Positions 1 to 9,417 of a stretch of DNA of 64,000 nucleotides are shown here, piece after piece (the stretch's first letter is position 1; each line of letters begins with the position of its first letter). Source of the DNA: a virus. Lineage: Duplodnaviria; Caudoviricetes. The DNA lies in the IMG/VR virus record IMGVR_UViG_3300011989_000257, positions 1-64,000 of that record. One strand, 5' to 3'. The position numbers and the translations under genes are program-made. The notes under the pieces were generated by a model. That model had not been told where the DNA came from. It worked only from the letters and a program-made list of their open reading frames with translations, and did no database searches.

Positions 1-3000
1 TACAATGCCTTATAGATAGCGTCTGTTCTACCGCTTACACACTGTGCTGCTGTGTTTCCAGAACCGCTAACATAAAGACCGTTGTTTCTTATTTCAATAA
101 TGTTATCACTTCCCTCGTCTGGTTTGCCATCACCATCACGGTCATCAGTGATAAGAACACGTGCGCTAAGTGTATCTGGATTACCTGGGTCTCCAATTAC
201 TTTAGTAAGTTCAACAGCACTCTTTTCTGAAGGGTTCTGTGTAATCCAGTCATTCCACAAGTCAGTAACACCGACTGTTGTTTCACGTTTACTTCCAGTT
301 CCGTCAGTATACTTGATAATAAGCATCTTATTAACTGGGTCATACTCAATGCTATCAAGCAACGTAGCACCAACTAACTGGATATATTCTTGAGCACCAT
401 TTGATGTGACAAGACGAATCTTATTTCCAGTTGGCTCGTATTCAAGAGTTGCTGAAGCAAATAGTCCATCATATGCAGTATCATCTGGGTGGATAATAAT
501 ATTGTTATCTGAATTAGCAATCTTAACATTTGCTGTCACCACGTTTTCACTTGATTTATTCAAGTCAATAGTCTTGGTATCATCGAACGTAAGCGTAGCT
601 GCATCAATCTTATCTGACAATTCATCATCCTTTGCTTCTCTTGCTGCGGTTTCTGCGGCAATTGCATTGTGAAGTTCACTCTCGGCTGTCATTGCACGTT
701 CTTTCTCTATTGATATCTTACCATCAAGCAAGTTATCTGCTGCTTCTGCCCTAGATTTCTCTGAGTCTATTGCAGCTTGCAGCCTATTTTCAGTAACGTC
801 AATTCTGCTGTTAAGTGTTGTCTCAAGACTGTCAATTTTGTGGTCAAGTGCGGTATCGCCAGAAACAAAGTCACTCCTCAATGCTGTTTCGGCTGACATC
901 GCACGTGTGGTTTCTCCACTAATTGCAACCTCAAGTTGAGTGTCTGCTGCCTCAGCACGTCTTTTCTCGTCTTGAATTGCATTATATAGCTCGGTATCAG
1001 CAGCTTCAGCACGTCTTCTTTCAGCTTCAATCTCGTCGTGTAAGCCATTTTCTGCTGCAATTGCCCTGTCTCTCTCAGTTGCAATGGTATTAGCCAAATT
1101 ATTTTCAGCTTCCTCTGCACGAGCTTTCTCTGTAATCACATCACCGCTTACAACGTCAATCCTAGAACCAAGGTCCGCAATTTCACCACTATAACTGTGA
1201 ACATAGATACCGTCATTGTGTTTTTCTATTGCGTTGTCTTCGTGGTGGCATATCTTAACTTTTGCAGTTAATACGTCTGGTCCACCGCTTACTACAAGAC
1301 TCTTGTCAAGCTCGATGGTTTCTGTGTCTTGAACAATCCATTCATCATGTATCAAGTCATGAAGGTCAATCTCCACAGTCTTGTCACCTTCGCTTGTGTG
1401 ATAGGTGATAATCAAAACCTCACGGTCTTTATCGTACCTAATATCAAACGGAGCGCTATTAAGTTGTATCTCCTTCTCTACATTCTCAGTTGAACCGTTT
1501 TCTGACCTTACGAATGTAAGCTTATTTGTATCAGAATCATATCTTAGGTCAATGAAATTATAAAGTCCATCACCTTCAAGTCTGATAGTGTTATATGGCT
1601 GATGCTCACTCAGGTTGACACTTATTACTGGCTTAACTGGGTCTGTCTTATCAACATCTATCGAGTGGTCATTATTGATGATATCCTTGAGACTAGCCTT
1701 GCTGTCAGCGCTTATTGCCTCGATTTCAGCTTGCTGCTCATCAAGTTTTTCATTAATTGCCTCATCTTCTGCTGCAAGAGTATCAAGAGCGCCCTCAACA
1801 GTAGTATCCTTGTACTTGATATTATCGGCAGTACCCCTTACAAACAATGCATGTATGTTACCTTCTCCACGTTCCTCAAGAATGTTGTTATCAGCCGTAG
1901 ATATATTTACATCTGCCGTAAGTATATCCTTGCCACTGACCTTTCTCTGCTTAACAAGTTTCACACTATGAGCGTCATTGAGAACTTCCCATTCATCAAT
2001 CAGTCCACTGACTGGAACATATATTGTCTTTGTTTCGCCCTTATCATTCTTGTATTTTACCACAAGAACCTCTCTTGTTGGGTCATAGGTAATACTCTCT
2101 ATTACTTCAACAGTATTAAGCTGGATTTCCTTTACAAAAGGCTGTCCGTTTACTGTTGATGTTGTAAATATGAGTTTATTGTCGTTGGAGTTATAATCAA
2201 GCTTTGTAGATGCAAAGAATCCGTCGGCTCTATTCCATATAATATTATCATTATCTGGAGAAATCCTAATCTTATTGAGCTTGTTCAACTGCTCCTCAAC
2301 ATTTGACCTTTCACCGTTCCAATAATATAGAATATTTGATGCAACTCCATCAACATACAAGTATCTTCCATCTGTGGTCTTCTTAAGTATATTTGCTGGT
2401 CTGTCATTAGCAAGTCTTACGTCAGCACGAAGCACGTCTTGCCAAGGCTCTACATGATGGTGGTCATCTGTATGGTCATAATCAACTTCTTCCCTTGTAA
2501 GAACAATAGGAGTCTTTGATGCATCGCCTTCAACATTCCACTCTGCTATAAGTTCTTCGCAATTTACAAGAACCTCATCGCCATTCTTCATCTTGAGATG
2601 AATGGACTCGTCTTGGCTCTTATACTCACCGCTTACGAGATAGTTGTTAGGCAGAGTAACTGCTGTTTTCTTAAGCGTACCATCTGCTTGCGATGCAACG
2701 AATGTAAACGTTTCTGTTGCATCATCGTATGTCAAGTCTACATAGATGAAAAGTCCTTCAGAACCACCCTCGTCTCCAACTGGAACCACCATTAAGTTAT
2801 TGTTCTTAACAGCGCCTTCGAATACATGGGTTTCAGCAGTCTTTACGTCACCGCTTAAAACAGTTCCTTCATCAGTCTTTTCAACGTGCAAGTCTAACGT
2901 ACTAGTGTCAAATACTGTGAGGGTAAGGCTCTTGATTATTTTCTCTATTTCCTCCTCAAGGTTTTTAATTTCCTCTTCCGTCTTATCGATGTCGATAATA

Positions 3001-3284
3001 CAGAACTTGTTCCTGTCGTGGTAGATGGTATCATTCGTTTCAGAACCAATCACAAGCATTATGTGCGGCCCTTTCTTATATTCGCAACCAGTTTCTTCCT
3101 CATCATTCTTATATCTCAGGATAGTTGGCTCTGCGAAAAGTGAATAGCTGTAGACGGAATTCTGACCACTTGCAATGCCCTCACCTTCTTCTTTTATCTT
3201 ATCATAGATATATTCGATTGCATCTTCCCTTGTTTCGAATATCTCATTATGATGTCTGAATTGTAATCTGTTTATTGTCTCCAT
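1..3284 (-). CDS. Large fibre/adhesin-like virion protein, partial (runs off the window's left edge; >1090 aa; missing from ORF track)
   Basis: Translated by eye from ATG at 3284 (METINRLQFRHHNEIF...), open to base 1. Four similar beta-rich modules (LxY...KL.F...IQL...I.YD...L...Y...L..EW) with E..RA..A(E/D) coiled coils. Antisense shadow ORFs all fall in one register, consistent with a single frame. Confidence 0.8.
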   Translation of the reverse strand, partial: METINRLQFRHHNEIFETREDAIEYIYDKIKEEGEGIASGQNSVYSYSLFAEPTILRYKNDEEETGCEYKKGPHIMLVIGSETNDTIYHDRNKFCIIDIDKTEEEIKNLEEEIEKIIKSLTLTVFDTSTLDLHVEKTDEGTVLSGDVKTAETHVFEGAVKNNNLMVVPVGDEGGSEGLFIYVDLTYDDATETFTFVASQADGTLKKTAVTLPNNYLVSGEYKSQDESIHLKMKNGDEVLVNCEELIAEWNVEGDASKTPIVLTREEVDYDHTDDHHHVEPWQDVLRADVRLANDRPANILKKTTDGRYLYVDGVASNILYYWNGERSNVEEQLNKLNKIRISPDNDNIIWNRADGFFASTKLDYNSNDNKLIFTTSTVNGQPFVKEIQLNTVEVIESITYDPTREVLVVKYKNDKGETKTIYVPVSGLIDEWEVLNDAHSVKLVKQRKVSGKDILTADVNISTADNNILEERGEGNIHALFVRGTADNIKYKDTTVEGALDTLAAEDEAINEKLDEQQAEIEAISADSKASLKDIINNDHSIDVDKTDPVKPVISVNLSEHQPYNTIRLEGDGLYNFIDLRYDSDTNKLTFVRSENGSTENVEKEIQLNSAPFDIRYDKDREVLIITYHTSEGDKTVEIDLHDLIHDEWIVQDTETIELDKSLVVSGGPDVLTAKVKICHHEDNAIEKHNDGIYVHSYSGEIADLGSRIDVVSGDVITEKARAEEAENNLANTIATERDRAIAAENGLHDEIEAERRRAEAADTELYNAIQDEKRRAEAADTQLEVAISGETTRAMSAETALRSDFVSGDTALDHKIDSLETTLNSRIDVTENRLQAAIDSEKSRAEAADNLLDGKISIEKERAMTAESELHNAIAAETAAREAKDDELSDKIDAATLTFDDTKTIDLNKSSENVVTANVKIANSDNNIIIHPDDTAYDGLFASATLEYEPTGNKIRLVTSNGAQEYIQLVGATLLDSIEYDPVNKMLIIKYTDGTGSKRETTVGVTDLWNDWITQNPSEKSAVELTKVIGDPGNPDTLSARVLITDDRDGDGKPDEGSDNIIEIRNNGLYVSGSGNTAAQCVSGRTDAIYKAL

Positions 3285-3311
3285 TGTCAATTTATATTGT
3301 TTTCAATATTA

Positions 3312-5618
3312 TTAAATCTCGCCAAAGTTTCCATCGAACTTTATTTTGATAGAATGTTCGTCATTCTTATCTTTTGAAGGAAGAACCATATTATATTCAT
3401 CAGATGTTGCTGCCACCATAGTAAATGGATTCTCAGCCCAGTCAATCAACTGGCCGTCTATCTCATCTTCCCTCTTGGTAGCTCTTTCAATCTCATCAAA
3501 TAACTCTTGCTCTATTTCATCTTCCCTTTCAGTTGCTCTTTCGATTTCAGCATCTATTTTCTCATCAAGGGCAGTCTCTGCGCTAATAGCCCTTTCAGTT
3601 TCAGCCTCAATCATTTCTTCAAGAATAGTATCAGCACTAATCCTAGCCTCAGTCTCAGCACTCAAAGCCTCCCAAAGTTCTGTATCCGCACTAATCCTTT
3701 CTTCTATTTCTTGTTCGAGGTCATCACGAAGGTCTTCAATTGCCCCTGATAAAATCTCATCGGCCTCTGTTCTTGCTGAAATTTCTTGTTCGAGGTCATC
3801 ACGAAGGTCATCTATTGCGCCAGAAAGCACCACATCTGCTTCGATTCTCTCGTTGCGTTCTTGCTCAAGCATAGGAACTATGATGCTTAGCACTCTTTCA
3901 ACCACAAGGTCATCTGTGTTCTTCAAGTACTTCTCGCAAGTATCCTCATCAATATACACTCTATACTCTACATTATGCTGCGAAACCTTTGGTATTACAA
4001 CCTCAACACAATGCTCTACATCTTCGCTGTCTATCCAACAAGCATTAACCGTTGTTGCGCTATCACCATCAAAGCAAGGATTTTCGATTACGATTGTATC
4101 ACCATCGTTCATTACCTTCTTCTCCCAATAGCGTCCGTTGAACTCGTTGATGAACATCTCAATCCTCTTATCACTGATACCGTCACCATTATTAGGAGCA
4201 AGATAATCAGGAGTAGGATATTCACTTGTTACTTCATTATATCCAATAAGACCGTCTGCGTTGGCAAAATTGCTTGCAAGCCAAATCTGACCACTTTCAG
4301 GGAACAATATGCATTTATAAAGAACACCATCAATGTATTCAGTCTCGAAATAGTTTGAACCATCATAATCCTTCACAAGTCTTACTGAATAATATGGCTC
4401 TGGGCATTCTGCAAGCTGATAGACACCACTCTTGTCACACTCAAATACCTTCAGATAAATATCTTGACCTGGGTCATCGTAGATGTGACTAGTTGTCCAG
4501 AATACAGACATCTCACCAAATCCGCTTGGACGTGGAGTACCATTCTTAAATACAGACACACCAGCAGGCAATATTGACATGCCGTATTTGTCAACACCAG
4601 TAGGATTTATGTTCTTAGGCGTTGGAGTATCATCAGTATTGTCGAATATATAGTCATCAGCATTGATAGGTTGGTTCTGATTGTTCTTTCCTTCATATGT
4701 GCAGCCACTGTAAGGCTTCGTTGACATACAAGTGCATTCAGGCTGTGGATATTCTCCACCCATACAACCACACTCTGACTTCAAGAACTTACCAGCAAGT
4801 TTACCAAGCTCTACGTGACACTGTGAAGAATTGTGGTTCTTATATTCGCAAGGCTCGATTGAATTAAGCATCTTGTCCCAGTCAGCCTTTGAAGGTATAC
4901 GCCAATAATATTTCCTATCCTTGACTTCCTTGAACTTCTCTTCGTCCTTGTATATGTTGTCAAGAATATTCTGTATCTTGTCAACACCAGCACCGTTATA
5001 AAGATAGCCATAGTCACTTACATATTCCCTTGTGACATATCTAGTACCCTTCTTTGCAACTTTAGGCAATTTCTTACCATCAAGCAAATCAATTACTTTG
5101 ATTGCTGGGGCAAGCATACCAGTCTTTTCAACGCCCGCAATACCAAGAGGAGACCTCATAGTGCCAAGACCAATAAGTGTGTTGTCACTGATTACTTTTG
5201 TAAGTATATCACTACCAATAACATCTTGAAGATTATCTGAAGTGATGATATTCTCAATGGTCATACTGTGTTCACCATTGTCATCCTTGTAGTTAATGGT
5301 CAATGTAGTACCACTCTCATCACCACATTCTGCTGAAACATCAAGGTCATAGGTAAGATTCTTACACAACTCTGTATTCATAGGAACGATTATCTTCTCA
5401 CCATTGTTCCTAGTAATAACAAGAGTGTCACCAGAATTGGTTTCACAGTTCTCACCCCTGACAAACTCAGCAGTCTTGATATCATAATCCTTGAGAGTCA
5501 AGAAGTTACTGTCAATCTCATTGATTGTCAACTTGCAGTTCTTTGTAACATCAACTGGTTTACCTTGCTCATCCACATAAGGAGATATCAGTTTATAAAA
5601 AAACAAGCTTTCTGCCAT
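3312..5618 (-). CDS. Virion protein with Fib_succ_major (FISUMP)-like domain and C-terminal coiled coil
   Basis: YGYLY..WRIPS..W..L..AGKFLKS..D.YGMSILPAG..FWTTS..SVRLVKD motifs, followed by acidic heptad/hendecad repeats. Confidence 0.7.
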   Translation of the reverse strand: MAESLFFYKLISPYVDEQGKPVDVTKNCKLTINEIDSNFLTLKDYDIKTAEFVRGENCETNSGDTLVITRNNGEKIIVPMNTELCKNLTYDLDVSAECGDESGTTLTINYKDDNGEHSMTIENIITSDNLQDVIGSDILTKVISDNTLIGLGTMRSPLGIAGVEKTGMLAPAIKVIDLLDGKKLPKVAKKGTRYVTREYVSDYGYLYNGAGVDKIQNILDNIYKDEEKFKEVKDRKYYWRIPSKADWDKMLNSIEPCEYKNHNSSQCHVELGKLAGKFLKSECGCMGGEYPQPECTCMSTKPYSGCTYEGKNNQNQPINADDYIFDNTDDTPTPKNINPTGVDKYGMSILPAGVSVFKNGTPRPSGFGEMSVFWTTSHIYDDPGQDIYLKVFECDKSGVYQLAECPEPYYSVRLVKDYDGSNYFETEYIDGVLYKCILFPESGQIWLASNFANADGLIGYNEVTSEYPTPDYLAPNNGDGISDKRIEMFINEFNGRYWEKKVMNDGDTIVIENPCFDGDSATTVNACWIDSEDVEHCVEVVIPKVSQHNVEYRVYIDEDTCEKYLKNTDDLVVERVLSIIVPMLEQERNERIEADVVLSGAIDDLRDDLEQEISARTEADEILSGAIEDLRDDLEQEIEERISADTELWEALSAETEARISADTILEEMIEAETERAISAETALDEKIDAEIERATEREDEIEQELFDEIERATKREDEIDGQLIDWAENPFTMVAATSDEYNMVLPSKDKNDEHSIKIKFDGNFGEI
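3706..3809. repeat. Coding direct repeat (ATTTCTTGTTCGAGGTCATCACGAAGGTC x2, 75-nt period) in coiled coil
   Basis: Exact repeat encoding DLRDDLEQEI twice. Confidence 0.8.
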
Positions 5619-5740
5619 AATTTATTAAATATTTTTTAATTATTATTAATTTCTTTAAAATAAATATTTTCCCACCTTAATATATTTATCTTTAAGGTCA
5701 TTTTTTATGTATAAACCCTACAAAAAATCGAAAATAAATT

Positions 5741-6064
5741 ATGAAACACCCCAAAGGCTATTGGAAAATAAAGGAAAATATGATGAATGAAGCTAGGAAA
5801 TACAGTACAAAGGAGGAGTTCCAGAAGGGAAACCTTACTGCATTCCTAGCTGCCCATAGATATGGCTTCATAGACGAAATGGATTGGCTTGTAAGACAGA
5901 AACAGCACAAGAAGGGATACTGGACTTACAAGCATATTGAAGAAGAAGCATTAAAATACGATACCAAGACTGATTTTTATAACGGAAATCAAACGGCATA
6001 TCGTGCTGCATTGAAGATGGGTGTCATTGATGACTTCTTCGTTATGAATGACTATGTACAATAA
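5741..6064 (+). CDS. Small protein of two KGYW..EEA.KY.T..F..AY.AA..G repeats (putative DNA-binding repeats of the type found on phage endonucleases)
   Basis: Internal duplication visible in the translation; no nuclease motif. Confidence 0.6.
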   Translation: MKHPKGYWKIKENMMNEARKYSTKEEFQKGNLTAFLAAHRYGFIDEMDWLVRQKQHKKGYWTYKHIEEEALKYDTKTDFYNGNQTAYRAALKMGVIDDFFVMNDYVQ

Positions 6065-6080
6065 AAAAGAGCAACCACTA

Positions 6081-6494
6081 TTATGATTGCTCCATTTTTT
6101 GTTTATTCTTCATATATTCTCTTCTCCTTACCCTTGATGATTTACTTGGTTCTCTCTCTTCTTTTTCTGGGTTGAAATAGTTATTTTCTTTTGGTTCTTT
6201 TTCATTATCTGGATAATAATAATCAACATAACTACCCCAACCTTCATCTAATATTCTATTCACCGACTCCTTCACAATCCTATGAAGGTCACTCTCTGTT
6301 AATCTTATGATGGTTTGTTCTTCCACTTTTTCTAGAAGTCCTTTATGCTTTGTTTCTGCAAAATCCTTTACATCATCCATTGACATACCCTTTGCAGCTT
6401 TCTTTATCTTGCTGCTTGCATTCTTCATTTCACCTTTCTTGTATGCATCCACCATACCGAAGAATCTCTGTTGTGCTTTACTCTTACTTGGCAT
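6081..6494 (-). CDS. DUF3008-like protein with internal IRLTESDLHRIVKE tag
   Basis: MPSKSKAQQR...MSMDDVKDFAETKHKGL resembles DUF3008 as recalled. Confidence 0.6.
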   Translation of the reverse strand: MPSKSKAQQRFFGMVDAYKKGEMKNASSKIKKAAKGMSMDDVKDFAETKHKGLLEKVEEQTIIRLTESDLHRIVKESVNRILDEGWGSYVDYYYPDNEKEPKENNYFNPEKEEREPSKSSRVRRREYMKNKQKMEQS

Positions 6495-6535
6495 ATTAGT
6501 TGTCTATTTTTAATTTGTTATTTTCGTATTTGTAA

Positions 6536-7150
6536 TTATTTAAGTTTAACCCTTGCTAAAAAATCTTTCAAACAAGCATTCACATCATAATCTATATATC
6601 TTACTATTGAATATAAATCATCACAGTCCAAATTCTGCGTTTTCAAGAATTCAACGTCTTCATCATCATCATTTCCAAATGCCCTCTTTAGTTTCCTATT
6701 AAATGCATTTCCATATGTAGGTATATACCCTCTGAAATGTTTTCCATCCCAATATATGAAAAACAATATAGGGCACTCCCAATCACCGCCAGCGTAGCAT
6801 TTCAGATATGTTATACCCTTCCGTGTTTCCACTTTACCGATTGCACCAAGATTTTCGCAATCATAGTCTATCTTAGATATATCGTCTAGCAATGTTGACA
6901 ATTCTTTGGGCTTATCGTTTCTGTAATTGTTACAAAACCTATATACAAAGCTATCTAAGGAAAATTTTCTATCATCTTCTTTATTTCTTTCATAAATATC
7001 TTTAATTTTTTCCTCAAATTCTTTTGGTGAAATCTTTGCTGCTGTTCTACCGCCATTAGGAAGTTCAACATCTAGATTAACAACATACCTTTTTCTACCA
7101 CCCTCTATAATTAATCTCAGTTGGGATTCATTTAACATTATTCTTTTCAT
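6536..7150 (-). CDS. Hypothetical protein with N-terminal tag (MKRIMLNESQLRLIIE)
   Basis: ORF track; start moved to second Met at 7150. Confidence 0.7.
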   Translation of the reverse strand: MKRIMLNESQLRLIIEGGRKRYVVNLDVELPNGGRTAAKISPKEFEEKIKDIYERNKEDDRKFSLDSFVYRFCNNYRNDKPKELSTLLDDISKIDYDCENLGAIGKVETRKGITYLKCYAGGDWECPILFFIYWDGKHFRGYIPTYGNAFNRKLKRAFGNDDDEDVEFLKTQNLDCDDLYSIVRYIDYDVNACLKDFLARVKLK

Positions 7151-9110
7151 ACTTATAATTATTTTCAATTATCAGTTGTTCCATAAAACAGTTATATATC
7201 TTAAATGACTTGATATACCCTATAAAACTACCAGCAAACGCCTTCTCAAGAGGATATACCCTAGTAGGGTTCAGCATATAGTTAGGCTGTATCGTCTCTG
7301 CAAGACCTTGTGTGCCGCCTCCAAGTGATATATTGTAAGGAATACCCTCCTGTTTCTCATAAAGCTCGTTGAGAGCCTTTAAATCAAGTGACGGAAGCTC
7401 TCTAGTTATGTATACCAACTTGCCATTAACGTAGAACATAATCTTCATCTTATCCAATGTGAAACAAAGTCTAGCCATTACAGTAACCCATTCGCAATCT
7501 GGTATGACATTCTCGAATGAATACCCTTCGATAATGCTAGTCTTGTCCCTTCCTTCCTTCTCACAGTCTATTGTAAGCATCCTATATCCTATCTCGCCCT
7601 TGTCTGTGATTCTGAATCCAAGGGCGTTGTTGTAAAGGTCGTTATATGGGTTGTAGTTATTCGCTGATTGGTCACGTAATTCATCAATATTATTTACGGT
7701 ATAGCCAGTCTTTGTGCGGTTCATAAGAATGAATAGGTTTCCAGTGAATTGACTTTTTCTTCCATAGTACATCATCTGAGTACCTTCAATCCAATCCTTT
7801 ATGGTGTGCCCTTTCTTCGTCCTATCAAATATCATAAACTTGTTATCAGTATAGAAATAGTACTGATTCGCCTCGAACAATGAGAATCCGTTGTCAGTAT
7901 GATATTCAAAATCAGTTATATCTAATTCGGGTTCAATATACTGTACTGCCTCATTACGACTCATTATCTCATCTGTGTCCAATAAATAATCATCACCGAA
8001 TTCAGCATCAACTTTTAATGGATTTGGGTCATATTCTTCCTTTTTCTTTGGTATTTTTTTATACGTAATAGGGCATCCGCAACCATGAAACCAAGGTTTT
8101 AAATAATATTCATCTTCACTTGATTCCTCTCCACAGCACCACGTAAGCCTCTTGTATGGCAAGTCATTGTCACAAGGTATTATCTTTGGTTTTCTATCAG
8201 ATTCAATCTCAAGGTAGTCTGACATATCATCCCAGTCGCACTCATCCCTCTCCCACAAGTCAACATCATATAGTTTATAATCTGTATAATCACCAAGTTC
8301 GAATGGGTCGTATCCGTCAAAGTCTGGGTCTGGTGAATAAAAGTTTCCTATGATATAGTCTTTCTTATCTATTTCACCATCTTCTACGAAGTCATCAACA
8401 CCCAATTCAAAACACTTCTCAAGACCATCTACATCGTTTTTGTCATACTGATATATCCATTTATTTTCAGACCTTGTTCCTATATAGAAAAACAAACCCT
8501 TATTTTCTGGATACTTATCATTAAGTGTCTTAGTTGATTCAGGTTCGAAGTCACATTTCTTGAGAGTGAACTCGAAATATAAATCATCACCACTATTAAA
8601 CTTTGATGGCAATATCTGATATTTGTCGCATTCAGTTTTAAAAAATCCTTGGAAGAATCCACCATTAAGTTTTGTTTGGCATTCCTCGATATGTAAAGGG
8701 TATTCATATTGTAGCGTACTACCGCTTACAGCATGAAGTTTAAGCCTCTTATCATCTTCTAGTATTTCATAACTGTTTTCTTGAAATATCCTTATGAAAT
8801 CCTTATTGGTGATTCTATCTTTACGGAAAGTAAATAAACCGTTATCAACTCCAGTATACGTTATATTGTTAAGTGTATATGCACTTGCAAGAGCTTTATC
8901 CCAAGAGTATGAATTCTTACTATACAACCATTCTGCCATATCAGTACATTCCGAATCACAAAGGTCAATGTACGATATAAGGCAATCGTCATACAACCCA
9001 TCTAATTTAAATGAGCCGTATGAGTCCTTATTAACAAAGAAGTCCCAATATTCATCTTTATTAATTCTTAGTTTGAGATTATGATAGTTATTTACCTTTA
9101 AATTTGCCAT
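7128..9110 (-). CDS. Virion protein with C-terminal LamG/concanavalin-A-like domain
   Basis: W.TV...KIMFYVNGKLV...ISLGG...FIGYIKSFKIYN; late-type motif upstream. Confidence 0.55.
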   Translation of the reverse strand: MANLKVNNYHNLKLRINKDEYWDFFVNKDSYGSFKLDGLYDDCLISYIDLCDSECTDMAEWLYSKNSYSWDKALASAYTLNNITYTGVDNGLFTFRKDRITNKDFIRIFQENSYEILEDDKRLKLHAVSGSTLQYEYPLHIEECQTKLNGGFFQGFFKTECDKYQILPSKFNSGDDLYFEFTLKKCDFEPESTKTLNDKYPENKGLFFYIGTRSENKWIYQYDKNDVDGLEKCFELGVDDFVEDGEIDKKDYIIGNFYSPDPDFDGYDPFELGDYTDYKLYDVDLWERDECDWDDMSDYLEIESDRKPKIIPCDNDLPYKRLTWCCGEESSEDEYYLKPWFHGCGCPITYKKIPKKKEEYDPNPLKVDAEFGDDYLLDTDEIMSRNEAVQYIEPELDITDFEYHTDNGFSLFEANQYYFYTDNKFMIFDRTKKGHTIKDWIEGTQMMYYGRKSQFTGNLFILMNRTKTGYTVNNIDELRDQSANNYNPYNDLYNNALGFRITDKGEIGYRMLTIDCEKEGRDKTSIIEGYSFENVIPDCEWVTVMARLCFTLDKMKIMFYVNGKLVYITRELPSLDLKALNELYEKQEGIPYNISLGGGTQGLAETIQPNYMLNPTRVYPLEKAFAGSFIGYIKSFKIYNCFMEQLIIENNYKYEKNNVK

Positions 9111-9132
9111 TTACACATTATTATTTGTCTTA

Positions 9133-9146
9133 TATAAATATTTATT
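9133..9146. promoter_or_regulatory. Overlapping divergent putative late promoters (TATAAATATTTATT)
   Basis: TATTTATA on minus strand for the 9110 gene; TATTTATT on plus strand for the 9167 gene. Confidence 0.55.
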
Positions 9147-9166
9147 AAGAAATAAAAGCAATCTAT

Positions 9167-9415
9167 ATGAAGGTAATTAATTTAAACGAATCACAATACA
9201 ATAGATTATTTGAAAGCGTGACAGACCAAGACTTTGGTACTAGCACAATTCCAGAATACGATGGATTAGATAAAGTTGAGTTGCAGCCAACAATTACTGA
9301 TAAAAATGGTAGTCCAAAAAAGGCTAATCCAATAGATAGTGATAATTTTGCAGATATGCAGACACCACAGCAATGGGGTTCTGTAGGAGGCAGAAAATCA
9401 TCAAACACAATTTAA
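9167..9415 (+). CDS. Small protein with N-terminal tag (MKVINLNESQYNRLFE)
   Basis: ORF track; tag shared with other genes. Confidence 0.75.
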   Translation: MKVINLNESQYNRLFESVTDQDFGTSTIPEYDGLDKVELQPTITDKNGSPKKANPIDSDNFADMQTPQQWGSVGGRKSSNTI

Positions 9416-9417
9416 CA

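Noticed and set aside
82-4492. Plus-strand ORFs such as 82..393, 1615..1971 and 3346..4131
   Set aside because: Ser/Leu-rich antisense shadows of the real minus-strand genes. The same applies to most short overlapping ORFs in the track.
3312-5618. Diversity-generating retroelement targeting the FISUMP-like domain
   Set aside because: No reverse transcriptase and no adenine-variant template repeat seen in this window, and the domain is not C-terminal. A remote DGR elsewhere cannot be excluded.
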